DNA of 64,000 bases, taken from positions 135,338-199,337 of the forward strand of contig JAJZQJ010000001.1 of assembly GCA_021851895.1 (NCBI GenBank), read 5' to 3'. Positions 45,823-55,300 of this stretch are shown in pieces. A program made the position numbers and the translations under genes. This stretch comes from a bacterium (lineage in GTDB: Bacteria; Patescibacteriota; Minisyncoccia; Phycocordibacterales; UBA6899). Below the pieces are notes generated by a model. It was not told the origin of the DNA and ran no database searches. It worked only from the letters and a program-made list of their open reading frames with translations. How positions within the stretch are numbered: position 1 is the first letter of the stretch; each line of letters opens with the position of its first letter.

Positions 45823-48093
45823 TTATTTCGCAGTAAGCGCAGCTTCATCAAACGAAATCGAGAGGGTCTTCGATACTGCATCAGATCCCATCGTCACTCC
45901 GTAGAGAGTTGTCGCACGCGACATCGTCTCGCGATTATGTGTGATGACCATCAACTGCGAATGTCGTGCGAGCTGCTCGATCATATCGCCGTATTTCCTA
46001 CTATTCGCCTCGTCGAGTGCCGCATCGGTCTCGTCGAGCACCATAAATGGAGGTGGATTTACCTGCGAGATGGCAAAAAGCAACGCAATTGATGTGAGCG
46101 CGCGCTCTCCGCCAGAGAGCATCTGCAAGCCCTTGATCTTCTTGTGTGGAAGAGATACGGAGACATCAACGCCCTCTTCGTCCTCACCCTCCTCCTCATC
46201 AGTAACTGCACCACCAGGAATATCAGAAAGATCGATGTCTGTATCCTTTCTCCTGCGTTTCTCGATCTTCACGACCATAAGCTCAGCAACACCGCCACCA
46301 AACATCAATCGGAAGAAGTCACTGAATTGCTTGTTGATACGCGATACTCCATCACGGAACTCGGTATTGAGCTTTTCATTAAGCTCATCGATGAGCGCAC
46401 GCAAAGACTCTTGCGTCTTGATGAGATCCTCTGTTTCGCGCGCAAGGAACGCATCGCGTTCGAGTGTCTCGTTGAATTCTTTCTCGACGTCGTCACCACC
46501 GGCGCCACCGAGATCTTCGAGGCGAAGCTTTCCTCGCTCGATATCCCTTCGACGCGACTCCTGACGAGTACGATCCTCACCCATGACCTCTTCGATCGAG
46601 ACGACGACCGAGGAGTGGTCGAGCACAGCTCTTCCAAGCAACACTCCCGCCTCGCTGAGTTCTTCGTCGAGGCGCTGCGTCTCTCTCGTGATGCGCTCCT
46701 CGTCGCCATGTATTCTCTCTACAGTATGCTGCAACTCTCCGCGCTCTTGCATCATCGAAAAGAGTGCACGCTCTGTATCGCGAGATCGCTCTTTCTCAGC
46801 ATCGATCGAAGACTTCACCTTTGCGTAGCTCTCCTCGAATATCGTGTACTCTGCATCGATGCGATGAAGCTCTTCTTCGTGCACAATGCGTTCTGCGCGC
46901 AAACCCTCAAGCTCACGTCGATCCTCATCGGTGATCGCCTGTTGGCCTGCCGACTGTTTCTTCATGCCAATGAACTCACGAACGAGATCGCGAGCGCGAT
47001 AAGCGATCCATCGCCATCGATCGAGCTCGTTGTTCCCTTCCATGCCATCGAAAAGCGCATCGAGCTCACGAGATACGTGCTCGACTTCACCGAGATGCAT
47101 AGCAATATCTTCCTGACGTGCGAGCTGCTCTTCACGCTTCTTCAATCTGCGCTCTTCGAACTCGATCATACCATCAACCTTACCGAGTGCACGAGCCGCA
47201 CCATCTCTACGAGTACGTGCATCACGCAATTTCGCTTCTACTGCCAAGAGTTCGTGACTCATTGAATCACCTGCGCTCTCCGCTGCGAGCTGCTCGCGCG
47301 CATGCTCTATCTTTATATTGAGATCTGCAAGTTTTGCTGCAGGCTCGCTCAATTTGCCCGCGAGTAATGCGCGAGACTCCGTAAGATAGATCTCTTCACG
47401 TTTCAAGTATTCCCTATAGAGACCGACGAGTCTGTCACGGAGTGTCTTTGCCTCCTCCATCTTCTCCATCTGCTTCTTGAGAAAACGCAAATGTGGCGCG
47501 ATCTCTCTACGCAAACTCTCCACCTCGCGCATATTCTCTTCCGTCTTTGTTAGTCTCCGCTCGCTCTCTTCGCGCTTATATTGATATGCCTTGAGTCCAA
47601 GCGCATCCTCGAGCATTGAACGACGCTCCTTTGGATTTGCAGAGAGGATGCGATCCGCTTCGCCCTGAGAGATCATATGATGACCCGACGCACCGATGTG
47701 CACCGAGGCGAGCAACTCAAAGATGTCACGCAATCTTGCGGTTGAGCCGTTGATGAAATATTGATTGCTTCCATCACGAAATACCTCACGAGTCATGGAA
47801 ACCTCATCGAAATCAAGTGGGAATTCACGCTTCGTGTTATCGAAGACAATCGTAACACTCGCACGATTCGCGCGAGCCGCGGATTGCGATCCGTTGAAGA
47901 TCATGTCTTCTCCTCGCTTACCGCGCATAGACTTCATCGATTGTTCACCAAGCACAAAACGTATCGCTTCCGCGACATTCGACTTACCGGATCCATTGGG
48001 ACCAACAACAGCGGTGATCTGTGAGATAAAATCGAGAGTTACCTTTCGGCCAAATGACTTGAAGCCAAATATCTCCAATCGTTTCAGACGCAT
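45823..48093 (-). CDS. smc: SMC-family chromosome segregation ATPase (short, 756 aa)
   Basis: N-terminal Walker A (FKSFGRKVTLDF...VVGPNGSGKSNVAEAIRFVLGEQS), long coiled coils, C-terminal signature LSGGERALTSIALLFAI and Walker B PFMVLDETDAALDEAN. Divergent from rnc. Confidence 0.7.
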   Translation of the reverse strand: MRLKRLEIFGFKSFGRKVTLDFISQITAVVGPNGSGKSNVAEAIRFVLGEQSMKSMRGKRGEDMIFNGSQSAARANRASVTIVFDNTKREFPLDFDEVSMTREVFRDGSNQYFINGSTARLRDIFELLASVHIGASGHHMISQGEADRILSANPKERRSMLEDALGLKAYQYKREESERRLTKTEENMREVESLRREIAPHLRFLKKQMEKMEEAKTLRDRLVGLYREYLKREEIYLTESRALLAGKLSEPAAKLADLNIKIEHAREQLAAESAGDSMSHELLAVEAKLRDARTRRDGAARALGKVDGMIEFEERRLKKREEQLARQEDIAMHLGEVEHVSRELDALFDGMEGNNELDRWRWIAYRARDLVREFIGMKKQSAGQQAITDEDRRELEGLRAERIVHEEELHRIDAEYTIFEESYAKVKSSIDAEKERSRDTERALFSMMQERGELQHTVERIHGDEERITRETQRLDEELSEAGVLLGRAVLDHSSVVVSIEEVMGEDRTRQESRRRDIERGKLRLEDLGGAGGDDVEKEFNETLERDAFLARETEDLIKTQESLRALIDELNEKLNTEFRDGVSRINKQFSDFFRLMFGGGVAELMVVKIEKRRRKDTDIDLSDIPGGAVTDEEEGEDEEGVDVSVSLPHKKIKGLQMLSGGERALTSIALLFAISQVNPPPFMVLDETDAALDEANSRKYGDMIEQLARHSQLMVITHNRETMSRATTLYGVTMGSDAVSKTLSISFDEAALTAK

Positions 48094-48111
48094 ATGGTGG
48101 AATTATATCAT

Positions 48112-48209
48112 AAGTGAGAAGTAAGAAGCGAGAAGTAAGAAGGATCATTCATGGAAATATACATCTATCTTTCACTCCTTCTTCTTACTTCTTACTGTTT
48201 ACTTCTCAC
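48112..48209. repeat. Heptamer-array inverted repeat in the smc/rnc divergent intergenic region (GAAGTAA arrays), spacer encoding a possible 24-aa hydrophobic peptide
   Basis: AGTGAGAAGTAAGAAGCGAGAAGTAAGAAGGA - 31 nt - TCCTTCTTCTTACTTCTTACTGTTTACTTCTCACT. ATG at about 48151 (MEIYIYLSLLLLTSYCLLLTISIV) with AAGGA upstream. Confidence 0.55.
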
Positions 48210-48232
48210 TATTTCTATAGTATAGTGCGCAA

Positions 48233-48931
48233 ATGATGGCGCTTCCTGATTTTCAGGCTTTTGCAGAAAGCATTGGCTACCCATTCAAAAATATAGAGTT
48301 TCTTCGCGAAGCCTTCACGCACCGTTCTTATCTGAATGAACATCGTGGAGTACAGTGGAGTCACAATGAACGCATCGAATTCCTTGGCGATGCGGTTCTT
48401 GAATTGGTGATCACTGAATATCTCTTCAAAAAATTCCCTAAGGAGAACGAGGGCAGGATGACTGCATACCGATCTGCCCTTGTGAACACGAATTCGATCG
48501 CAGAGGTCGCCGCTGAACTCAACATGGGTGAATATCTTCTACTCAGTAAAGGTGAAGCAAAGGATGTTGGACGTGCACGCCTTGCCATCCTCGCAAATAC
48601 CTTTGAATCTGTCGTTGGCGCGATCTTTCTCGACCAGGGCCACGAAGCTGCAAAGAGCTTCATCCTAAAAGTGCTTGCACCAAAGATCGACAAGATCATA
48701 GAGGCGCGCCTGTGGCAAGATGCGAAGAGCAACTTCCAGGAGCTCGCCCAAGAGCATGTAGCGATCACCCCTTCCTATAAGACGATCAGAGAGATAGGCC
48801 CCGATCATGAGAAGATATTTGAAATCGGACTCTACCTCGGCGATGAACTCGTTGCGACCGGGCAAGGAAAATCGAAGCAGGATGCGGAGCAAGCAGCTGC
48901 ACGTGCGGCCATTGAACGCAAAGGCTGGTAA
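48233..48931 (+). CDS. rnc: Ribonuclease III
   Basis: RNase III signature ERIEFLGDAVLELVITEYLF; C-terminal dsRBD (FEIGLYLGDELVATGQGKSKQDAEQAAARAAIE). Confidence 0.9.
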   Translation: MMALPDFQAFAESIGYPFKNIEFLREAFTHRSYLNEHRGVQWSHNERIEFLGDAVLELVITEYLFKKFPKENEGRMTAYRSALVNTNSIAEVAAELNMGEYLLLSKGEAKDVGRARLAILANTFESVVGAIFLDQGHEAAKSFILKVLAPKIDKIIEARLWQDAKSNFQELAQEHVAITPSYKTIREIGPDHEKIFEIGLYLGDELVATGQGKSKQDAEQAAARAAIERKGW

Positions 48932-48933
48932 GG

Positions 48934-48956
48934 AACGCCTCAACGGGGCGTTTTTT
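48934..48956 (+). terminator. Rho-independent terminator for rnc
   Basis: AACGCCTCAACGGGGCGTTTTTT. Confidence 0.75.
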
Positions 48957-49036
48957 CATTTCCTCTCCGAAGAAGTAATACACACAACGTGTGCAGCACA
49001 CATACTTCCATCGAGGTATCGTGTTACAATACACCT

Positions 49037-49615
49037 ATGGAACAAACACCAAACACACTAAAAGGGCCTCGCTGTGCGGAGATGCTTTTTAACGACAAGC
49101 GTCTCTCCTTTCTATGGCTCATCCTTCGTGTCTACGTAGGATATGAGTGGATAACCGCAGGTTGGGCAAAGATCGTAAGCGGCGTCTGGATCGGCGCGAA
49201 CGCAGGCGGAGCACTCCAGGGTTTTCTTAATGGTTCCCTTGCAAAGACTGCGGGCGCGCATCCCGATGTTTCTGGATGGTATGCATATTTCATCTCGCAT
49301 GTCGCGCTTCCGCACGCATTCTTCTTTTCACATCTCGTTGCGATCGGTGAGGTCCTCGTTGGAGCGGCACTCATTCTCGGCGTCTTCACTGGTGTTGCAG
49401 CATTCTTCGGTGCATTCATGAATCTGAATTTCATGCTCGCCGGAACAGTGAGCACAAATCCCGTTCTTTTTGTCATCGAAGTCTTCCTCGTGCTCGCATG
49501 GCGCATCGCGGGATATATTGGCCTCGATAAGTGGGTACTCCCAATGCTCGGCACACCATGGCAGCACGGTAAATGCTGTAAAGGTGCAGCAGAACAAGCT
49601 CCTACACAACAATAA
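49037..49615 (+). CDS. DoxX-family membrane protein
   Basis: LRVYVGYEWITAGWAKI is typical of the DoxX first helix; four predicted TM helices. Internal ATG at 49037 preferred over 48989. Confidence 0.6.
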   Translation: MEQTPNTLKGPRCAEMLFNDKRLSFLWLILRVYVGYEWITAGWAKIVSGVWIGANAGGALQGFLNGSLAKTAGAHPDVSGWYAYFISHVALPHAFFFSHLVAIGEVLVGAALILGVFTGVAAFFGAFMNLNFMLAGTVSTNPVLFVIEVFLVLAWRIAGYIGLDKWVLPMLGTPWQHGKCCKGAAEQAPTQQ

Positions 49616-49638
49616 AAAACGACCAATGGTCGTTTTTT
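49615..49638. terminator. Bidirectional terminator
   Basis: AAAAACGACCAATGGTCGTTTTTT. Confidence 0.7.
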
Positions 49639-49649
49639 ATTTCTACGTT

Positions 49650-50558
49650 CTATGCCTGCTCAGCAAGCAGTATGTTGATCGCCTTCGTGATCAACGGAAG
49701 AATATCATCATAAAGATTGAGGCTCGTGATCTCTGCCGCTTTGAACCAGCGCGCATCGTCGAGACCACCCTTCTCTTCCTCAAGCTGCAATGCCTCAAAT
49801 GGACACTCTGCGAGGAAATAGACGACATGCTTACGGATCTTACCCTTTTGTGGATGCGAGGCGATGTACTCATTCTCTCCGAGCTTCTCTTTGATCGTGA
49901 TATTTGCGTTGATCTCTTCCTTGATCTCTCTTATCGTACCCTCTTCGACAGTCTCTCCTTCTTCGACATGACCCTTTGAAAGCGTCCAATGCCCGAAGAT
50001 ATCATGAACGAGTGCAAGATAGATCTCCCCGTTGTCTCGTGCGTAAACGACCGCTCCACCAAGCTGCTCCAGAGGGAATGTTGATGGGTCCTGAGATTGA
50101 TTGCGTTTCACTCTCGTCGCCTGCTCGTCCTTACCCGGCTCTCCGATCTCCTTATAGACTGCACCAAGCACACCATTAACGAACTTACCACTGTTGTCAC
50201 CACCGAATGCTTTTGCAAGTTCGATAGCCTCATTGATCGCGACCTTTGGAGGGACCTGCGCACGGTCACCAAAAAGCAGCTCCGCGAGTCCGATGCGAAG
50301 CACGTTGCGATCGACGACTGAGATCTTATCGATCGGCCATGCAGGCGCAGCCTTCTCGATAATGAGATCGAGATCGCGCTGCTTTGCGAGAACGGTATTC
50401 AAAAGCTCTATCGTAAAGAGATCATCTTCCAATCCTGGACCAAACTCAGCAACATCTCTATTCAAGATCTCTTCAACGACCGGATTTGTCCGTCCATTAA
50501 AGTCCCACTCGTAGAGTGCCTGTAAAACAATACTTCGTGCGAGGTGCCTGTTTGCCAT
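49650..50558 (-). CDS. nusB: NusB (transcription antitermination factor) fused to a C-terminal NUDIX hydrolase domain
   Basis: N-terminal MANRHLARSIVLQALYEWDF...AINEAIELAKAFGGDNSGKFVNGVLGAV (NusB). C-terminal GGAVVYARDNGEIYLALVHD...GHVEEGETVEEGTIREIKEEINA (Nudix box GX5EX7REUXEEXGU). Confidence 0.75.
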   Translation of the reverse strand: MANRHLARSIVLQALYEWDFNGRTNPVVEEILNRDVAEFGPGLEDDLFTIELLNTVLAKQRDLDLIIEKAAPAWPIDKISVVDRNVLRIGLAELLFGDRAQVPPKVAINEAIELAKAFGGDNSGKFVNGVLGAVYKEIGEPGKDEQATRVKRNQSQDPSTFPLEQLGGAVVYARDNGEIYLALVHDIFGHWTLSKGHVEEGETVEEGTIREIKEEINANITIKEKLGENEYIASHPQKGKIRKHVVYFLAECPFEALQLEEEKGGLDDARWFKAAEITSLNLYDDILPLITKAINILLAEQA

Positions 50559-50618
50559 AGATTTGCGATGTACGAGAGTAATCAGACTTATTGTAAGGCA
50601 TTTGCGCGAACAGTCAAG

Positions 50619-50646
50619 AAAAAACCTCGCGGACTGCGCGAGGTTT
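50619..50646 (-). terminator. Rho-independent terminator
   Basis: AAAAAACCTCGCGGACTGCGCGAGGTTT. Confidence 0.65.
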
Positions 50647-50650
50647 GGGC

Positions 50651-51340
50651 TCAATTGAGCATAATTTGCTTGATTTTTGCTGCGTCAATGCCCTGCCCAT
50701 CCCAGTTTCCGGCATAGAAACCGAACGAGGGGCAGCAATCGCTGCGGAGACATCCGACCGCTGCACCATCGATGATCGTTGCCGTCTCGTGGATACCTTC
50801 ACTCTCCGCACCATAAAGCGCAATACCATCCCCAGGGAGGATCGACTGACCACAAAGACAACAGTGGATCGCGCCTTTCCGTGCTTTTTCAAAATGGCAT
50901 CTTGGGCAAAGGAACTCCTCGTTGGCGGTTTTCCTCATGAAACCCGAAATGAAGTTCGCGGGAAGCTCGAAGCCGAGCTTCTCCCTGCCCCAAAGTAATA
51001 TTTCGAATTTTAGCGGCCCGAAGTGGCCACATTTAGGAAAGAAGATGTCATCACGCCCCGAAAGCGAGGTGAACACGGATTCACCTTCTTCCTCGAAATG
51101 CTTCGTGCGCACGAGCTTCGCTCCACCGACGGAGCAAACGACTCCGAAACCATCAGATGAAACGATACCTTTTGCGTGTTCGGTGTTATCGACGACGGCT
51201 ACACTGATATCCCCCTTCTCCGCCTTCGTTGCATTGGTTACCACCTTCCGAGACCAACCAAACAGCATGTTCCACGAAAAAATCGAGAATATGCTCATAA
51301 ACGCCCCCATGTACAAGCACTCGCAACAAACTAACACCAA
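50651..51340 (-). CDS. Hypothetical Cys-rich protein (start uncertain)
   Basis: Several Cys pairs (CPRCHFEKARKGAIHCCLCGQ, CLRSDCCPSFG). Terminated by the hairpin at 50619-50646. No family recognised. Confidence 0.35.
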   Translation of the reverse strand: MVLVCCECLYMGAFMSIFSIFSWNMLFGWSRKVVTNATKAEKGDISVAVVDNTEHAKGIVSSDGFGVVCSVGGAKLVRTKHFEEEGESVFTSLSGRDDIFFPKCGHFGPLKFEILLWGREKLGFELPANFISGFMRKTANEEFLCPRCHFEKARKGAIHCCLCGQSILPGDGIALYGAESEGIHETATIIDGAAVGCLRSDCCPSFGFYAGNWDGQGIDAAKIKQIMLN

Positions 51341-51397
51341 GGAAGACTGAAAGCAAATGAAAAACCTCGCAATTGCGAGGCGCTACTGAAAGAACAC

Positions 51398-51529
51398 TCA
51401 GTCTTCAGAAGAATGCCCATCGGACTGCGGCACAGGACCACCACCCTCCAACGGATCGGGCGTCGCGGGAGGATTTCCCTCCTCGATTTGGTCCTGGATG
51501 GACCTAAGGTACATACCCAGTGCACACAT
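51398..51529 (-). CDS. Small acidic 43-aa protein (MCALGMYLRSIQDQIEEGNPPATPDPLEGGGPVPQSDGHSSED)
   Basis: AAGGAGG SD 5 nt upstream of the internal ATG of ORF 51398..51583; own terminator hairpin (AAAACCTCGCAATTGCGAGG, about 51358-51382). Coordinates are plus or minus 1 nt. Confidence 0.35.
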   Translation of the reverse strand: MCALGMYLRSIQDQIEEGNPPATPDPLEGGGPVPQSDGHSSED

Positions 51530-51617
51530 GGTGCCTCCTTGAAAGAGTTCTGAACGATACCATAGAAAAAGGCTATAACGCAAGTGCCTGAATGAACTTT
51601 CGATGAAGCATCCCTAC

Positions 51618-51646
51618 TTGCCAAAATATGGGTTTCCTGCTATATT
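51618..51646 (+). promoter_or_regulatory. Sigma-70-type promoter for rpmF (TTGCCA-N17-TATATT)
   Basis: Read directly upstream of the rpmF ATG at 51656. Confidence 0.5.
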
Positions 51647-51655
51647 ATCCCCACT

Positions 51656-51820
51656 ATGGTAACCCACATGCGACATACGCGCGGTCACACGAACAATCGT
51701 CGTTCACACCACGCGCTCAAGGAGGCACGTTTTGTGACGTGCGAGTGTGGTGCGCAGCAACTCATGCACCGTGCGTGCGGAAAGTGTGGCACCTACCGCG
51801 GCAAGAAGGTCACGGCCTAA
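51656..51820 (+). CDS. rpmF: 50S ribosomal protein L32 (54 aa; under the 60-aa ORF-track cutoff)
   Basis: MVTHMRHTRGHTNNRRSHHALKEARFVTCECGAQQLMHRACGKCGTYRGKKVTA: basic N-terminus plus CxC...CxxC zinc ribbon ending ...YRGKKV. Frame 2; stop TAA at 51818-51820. Confidence 0.75.
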   Translation: MVTHMRHTRGHTNNRRSHHALKEARFVTCECGAQQLMHRACGKCGTYRGKKVTA

Positions 51821-52076
51821 AGCCCAACTCCAAGACAAACACCCCTAACGGGTGTTTGTTTTTAGCACCGTGCGTGCGGAAAGTGTGTCACGCATATATT
51901 TACTTGGCGGCAAGAAGGTCACGGCCTAAAGCCCAACTCCAAGACAAACACCCCTAACGGGTGTTTGTTTTTAGCACCGTGCGTGCGGAAAGTGTGTCAC
52001 GCATATATTTACTTGGCGGCAAGAAGGTCACGGCCTAAAGCCCAACTCCAAGACAAACACCCCTAACGGGTGTTTT
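51766..52076 (+). repeat. Tandem triplication (about 99/109/104 bp) of the rpmF 3' end plus its intrinsic terminator
   Basis: CACCGTGCGTGCGGAAAGTGTG...GGCAAGAAGGTCACGGCCTAAAGCCCAACTCCAAGACAAACACCCCTAACGGGTGTTTGTTTTT occurs three times in tandem. Copies 2 and 3 are identical to each other; they differ from copy 1 by a 10-bp insertion/substitution (TGGCACCTACCGC to TGTCACGCATATATTTACTTGGC) that breaks the L32 frame. Confidence 0.85.
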
Positions 52077-52334
52077 TCTTATCCGGCCTCACGGCCTGGT
52101 TTTGGCGCAAGAGCGCCTCGACTACTCCTGTTGCGTCACGGAATATAGGTATTCATTCTTTAGATATTGTCACGTAGAAAAGCGCCGATGGATCGGCGCT
52201 TTTACGATACGAGATCTACGACATTACATAACCACACTTAGTAACTTTTGACGTTGAGATTGCACACGTAAATGTGTGAAACGCAAGGTCTTTATCCCCT
52301 ATACCCCCCACCCCATACCTTGTATAATAGCCCC

Positions 52335-55300
52335 ATGGAAGGATCTTCACGAGCACCTTTTGTGCATCTCCACACGCATACCCATTACTCCCTACTCGAT
52401 GGTTTGAGTAAGCCTCATCAGATCGTGAAAATCGCAAAGGAAGACGGTCAGCCCGCAGCAGCGATCACCGATCACGGAGCGATGTACGGAGCGATCGACT
52501 TCTACATGGAATGCAAGAAGGAAGGAATCAAACCGATCATCGGCGTCGAAGCATACATTGCAAATCGCACACGCTTCGACAAGGAGCCCGGAATCGACAA
52601 CAAGCGCTACCACTGCACTCTTCTCGCAAAAAATGACACGGGATATCGCAACCTCATCAAGCTGACGAGCCTCGCTTATACCGAAGGATATTATTACAAA
52701 CCTCGCATGGACAAGGATCTTTTGCGGGTACACTCCGAAGGCATCATCGCACTCTCGGGATGCCCTGCAGGGGAGCTTGGACGCTGTATCTTGAATACGG
52801 GAGACAAGGAACGCTGCAAGGAGATCATCAAGGAGTATCAGGATATCTTCGGGCCAGAGAACTACTACATCGAGATCATGCACCATCCCGATGTCGAGGA
52901 CTTCGAGCGCTGGAGAAGTACACTCATAGAACTCGCGCGCGAACTCGATATACCACTGGTCGCAACACAAGACTCGCACTACCCACATGCTGATGATGCA
53001 CGTGCGCACAAGACGCTGATCGCTATTTCGACTGCATCGGACATCACCGATACGGGTATCTTTGGAGGCGAAGGACATTATCACTTCATCACCACTGATG
53101 AGGCATATAAACTCTTCCACGACATCCCGGATGCAGTGGAAAACACAAGCAAGATCGCGGAGCGCTGTAACGTCGAGATCACATTGGGTAAATTCATCTT
53201 CCCGAAGTTTCCACTTCCCGAAGGAAAGACCGATGACGAGGTGCTACAGGAACTCTGTTATGCGGGCCTCAAACGTCGCGGTCTCGAGAATGATAGCAAG
53301 GCGAAGGAGCGTCTCGATTACGAGCTCGGCATCATCAAATTCAAGGGCTATGCATCTTACTTCCTTGTCGTTGAAGATCTCATCCGTTTCGCGTACGAAA
53401 ATGACATCTATACGAACATCCGTGGTTCGGTCGCCGGTTCGATGACGACCTATACCCTCGGAATCACCAAGGTCAATCCGCTCGAATATCATATCCCCTT
53501 CGAACGCTTTCTCAATCCAGAGCGCCCTTCCGCACCTGATATCGATATGGACTTCGGTGATACTCGCCGCGAAGAAGTACTTGAATACGCGAAACGTAAA
53601 TATGGTGCAGACAAGGTCGCACAGATCGGTACGTTCGGTACCATGCTCGCAAAGGGTGCCGTACGCGATGTTGCACGTGCGCTCGGAAAGAGCTATGACT
53701 TCGGTGATCGTATCTGTAAGATCATTCCCGATGGTGCACAGGGGGCACCGATGACGCTCGATCATGCGATGGAACTCGAACCCGAGCTCAAGCGTATGTA
53801 TGATACCGACGCCGAGACGAGAGAAGTGCTGAACATCGCGAAGAAACTCGAGGGTACCGTGCGCCACGTTTCGGTCCACGCTGCGGGAGTCGTTATCTCA
53901 CCGATGCCGATGACCGACATGACACCCGTGCAGTTCGACCCTAAGGGAGGAAAGCTGATCACACAGTACGACATGTACACTGTCGGAGAAGACGGTGTCG
54001 GACTGACGAAGTTCGACTTCCTTGGTATTCGCAACCTCACCATCTTGGGAGATGCAGTGAAGCTCATCAAAAAACATCGCGGCATCGATCTCGATATCGA
54101 AAAGATCCCACTCGACGACAAGAAGACCTTCGCAATGCTCTCCCGGGGCGAGACGGTGGGGCTCTTCCAGCTGAACGGTGCAGGTATGACCAAATGGCTC
54201 ATGGAGCTCCACCCGACGAGCATCCACGATATCAACGCTATGGTCGCGCTCTATCGCCCAGGACCACTGCAGTTCATTCCAGATTACATCGCGAGAAAAA
54301 AGAACCCCGCACTCATCAAGTACCCTCACCCTGCGGTGAAACCACTTCTCGAGCGAACATATGGTGTGCTCGTCTATCAAGACGACCTCCTCTTCATGGC
54401 GCACGATCTCGCAGGATTCTCGTGGGGAGAAGTCGATAAGTTCCGAAAGGCGGTCGGAAAGAAGGTCGCCTCGCTGATGGCGGAGCAAAAAGAGAAATTC
54501 ATCAAGGGTATCGTCAAGCACTCGAATTTCTCACAAAAGGATGCTGATGAGATTTGGGCATGGATCGAGCCTTTCGCGTCTTATGGATTCAATAAAGCGC
54601 ACTCCGTTTCTTACGGATATGTCGCCTACCAGACTGCATACCTCAAGGCGAACTATCCTGCTGAGTATATGACCGCGGTCCTTACGAACGAAGCGGGAGA
54701 TACCGATATGATCGCCGAGATCATTCATGAGTGTAAACGCATGAAGATACCCGTGCTTCAGCCTGATATCAATCTCTCCTACTCTCCATTCACGACAGTG
54801 AAAGGTGCAACCGAAGCAGAAGATCAGATCCGATTCGGACTCTTCACCATCAAAGGACTCGGTGGCGCGATCGCGCAGGCTATCATCGACGAAAGAGAGA
54901 AGAATGGACCATATAAAAGTTTCGTCGATCTCCTTGAGCGTGTGCAACACAAAGATTTGAATAAGAAATCCCTCGAGGCGCTCATTCGCACAGGAGCATT
55001 CGACTCTCTCGGAGAGGAGCGCGGTGTTCTCCTCCATAATATCGATGATGCGCTTGAATACCACAAACTGCATCGCCAAGAACAAGAGAGCGACCAGGTC
55101 TCACTATTCTCACTGATGACAGACAAGAAGGACCTCCCTAAATTACGTATTCGTCCCGCAAAGCACTCAACTGCGGACGAACGACTAAAATGGGAAAGAG
55201 AGCTTCTCGGACTCTACGTGACAGGACATCCACTCGAGAAATACCGTTCGAAGCTCGACAAGGCGATGCCGATCAAGCAGCTTATCGAACATGGTAAGGA

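Noticed and set aside
45941-47265. Plus-strand ORFs antisense to smc (45941..46564, 46144..47265)
   Set aside because: They are shadows of the smc coding strand, with Ser-rich low-complexity products.
51628-51957. Predicted 109-aa ORF spanning the rpmF region and tandem repeats
   Set aside because: Wrong frame. The real gene is the 54-aa L32 (frame 2, 51656..51820). The rest runs through noncoding repeat copies.
51766-52076. Possible CRISPR array
   Set aside because: Units are about 100-110 bp, contiguous with no unique spacers, and are copies of the rpmF terminator region. No cas genes are present.
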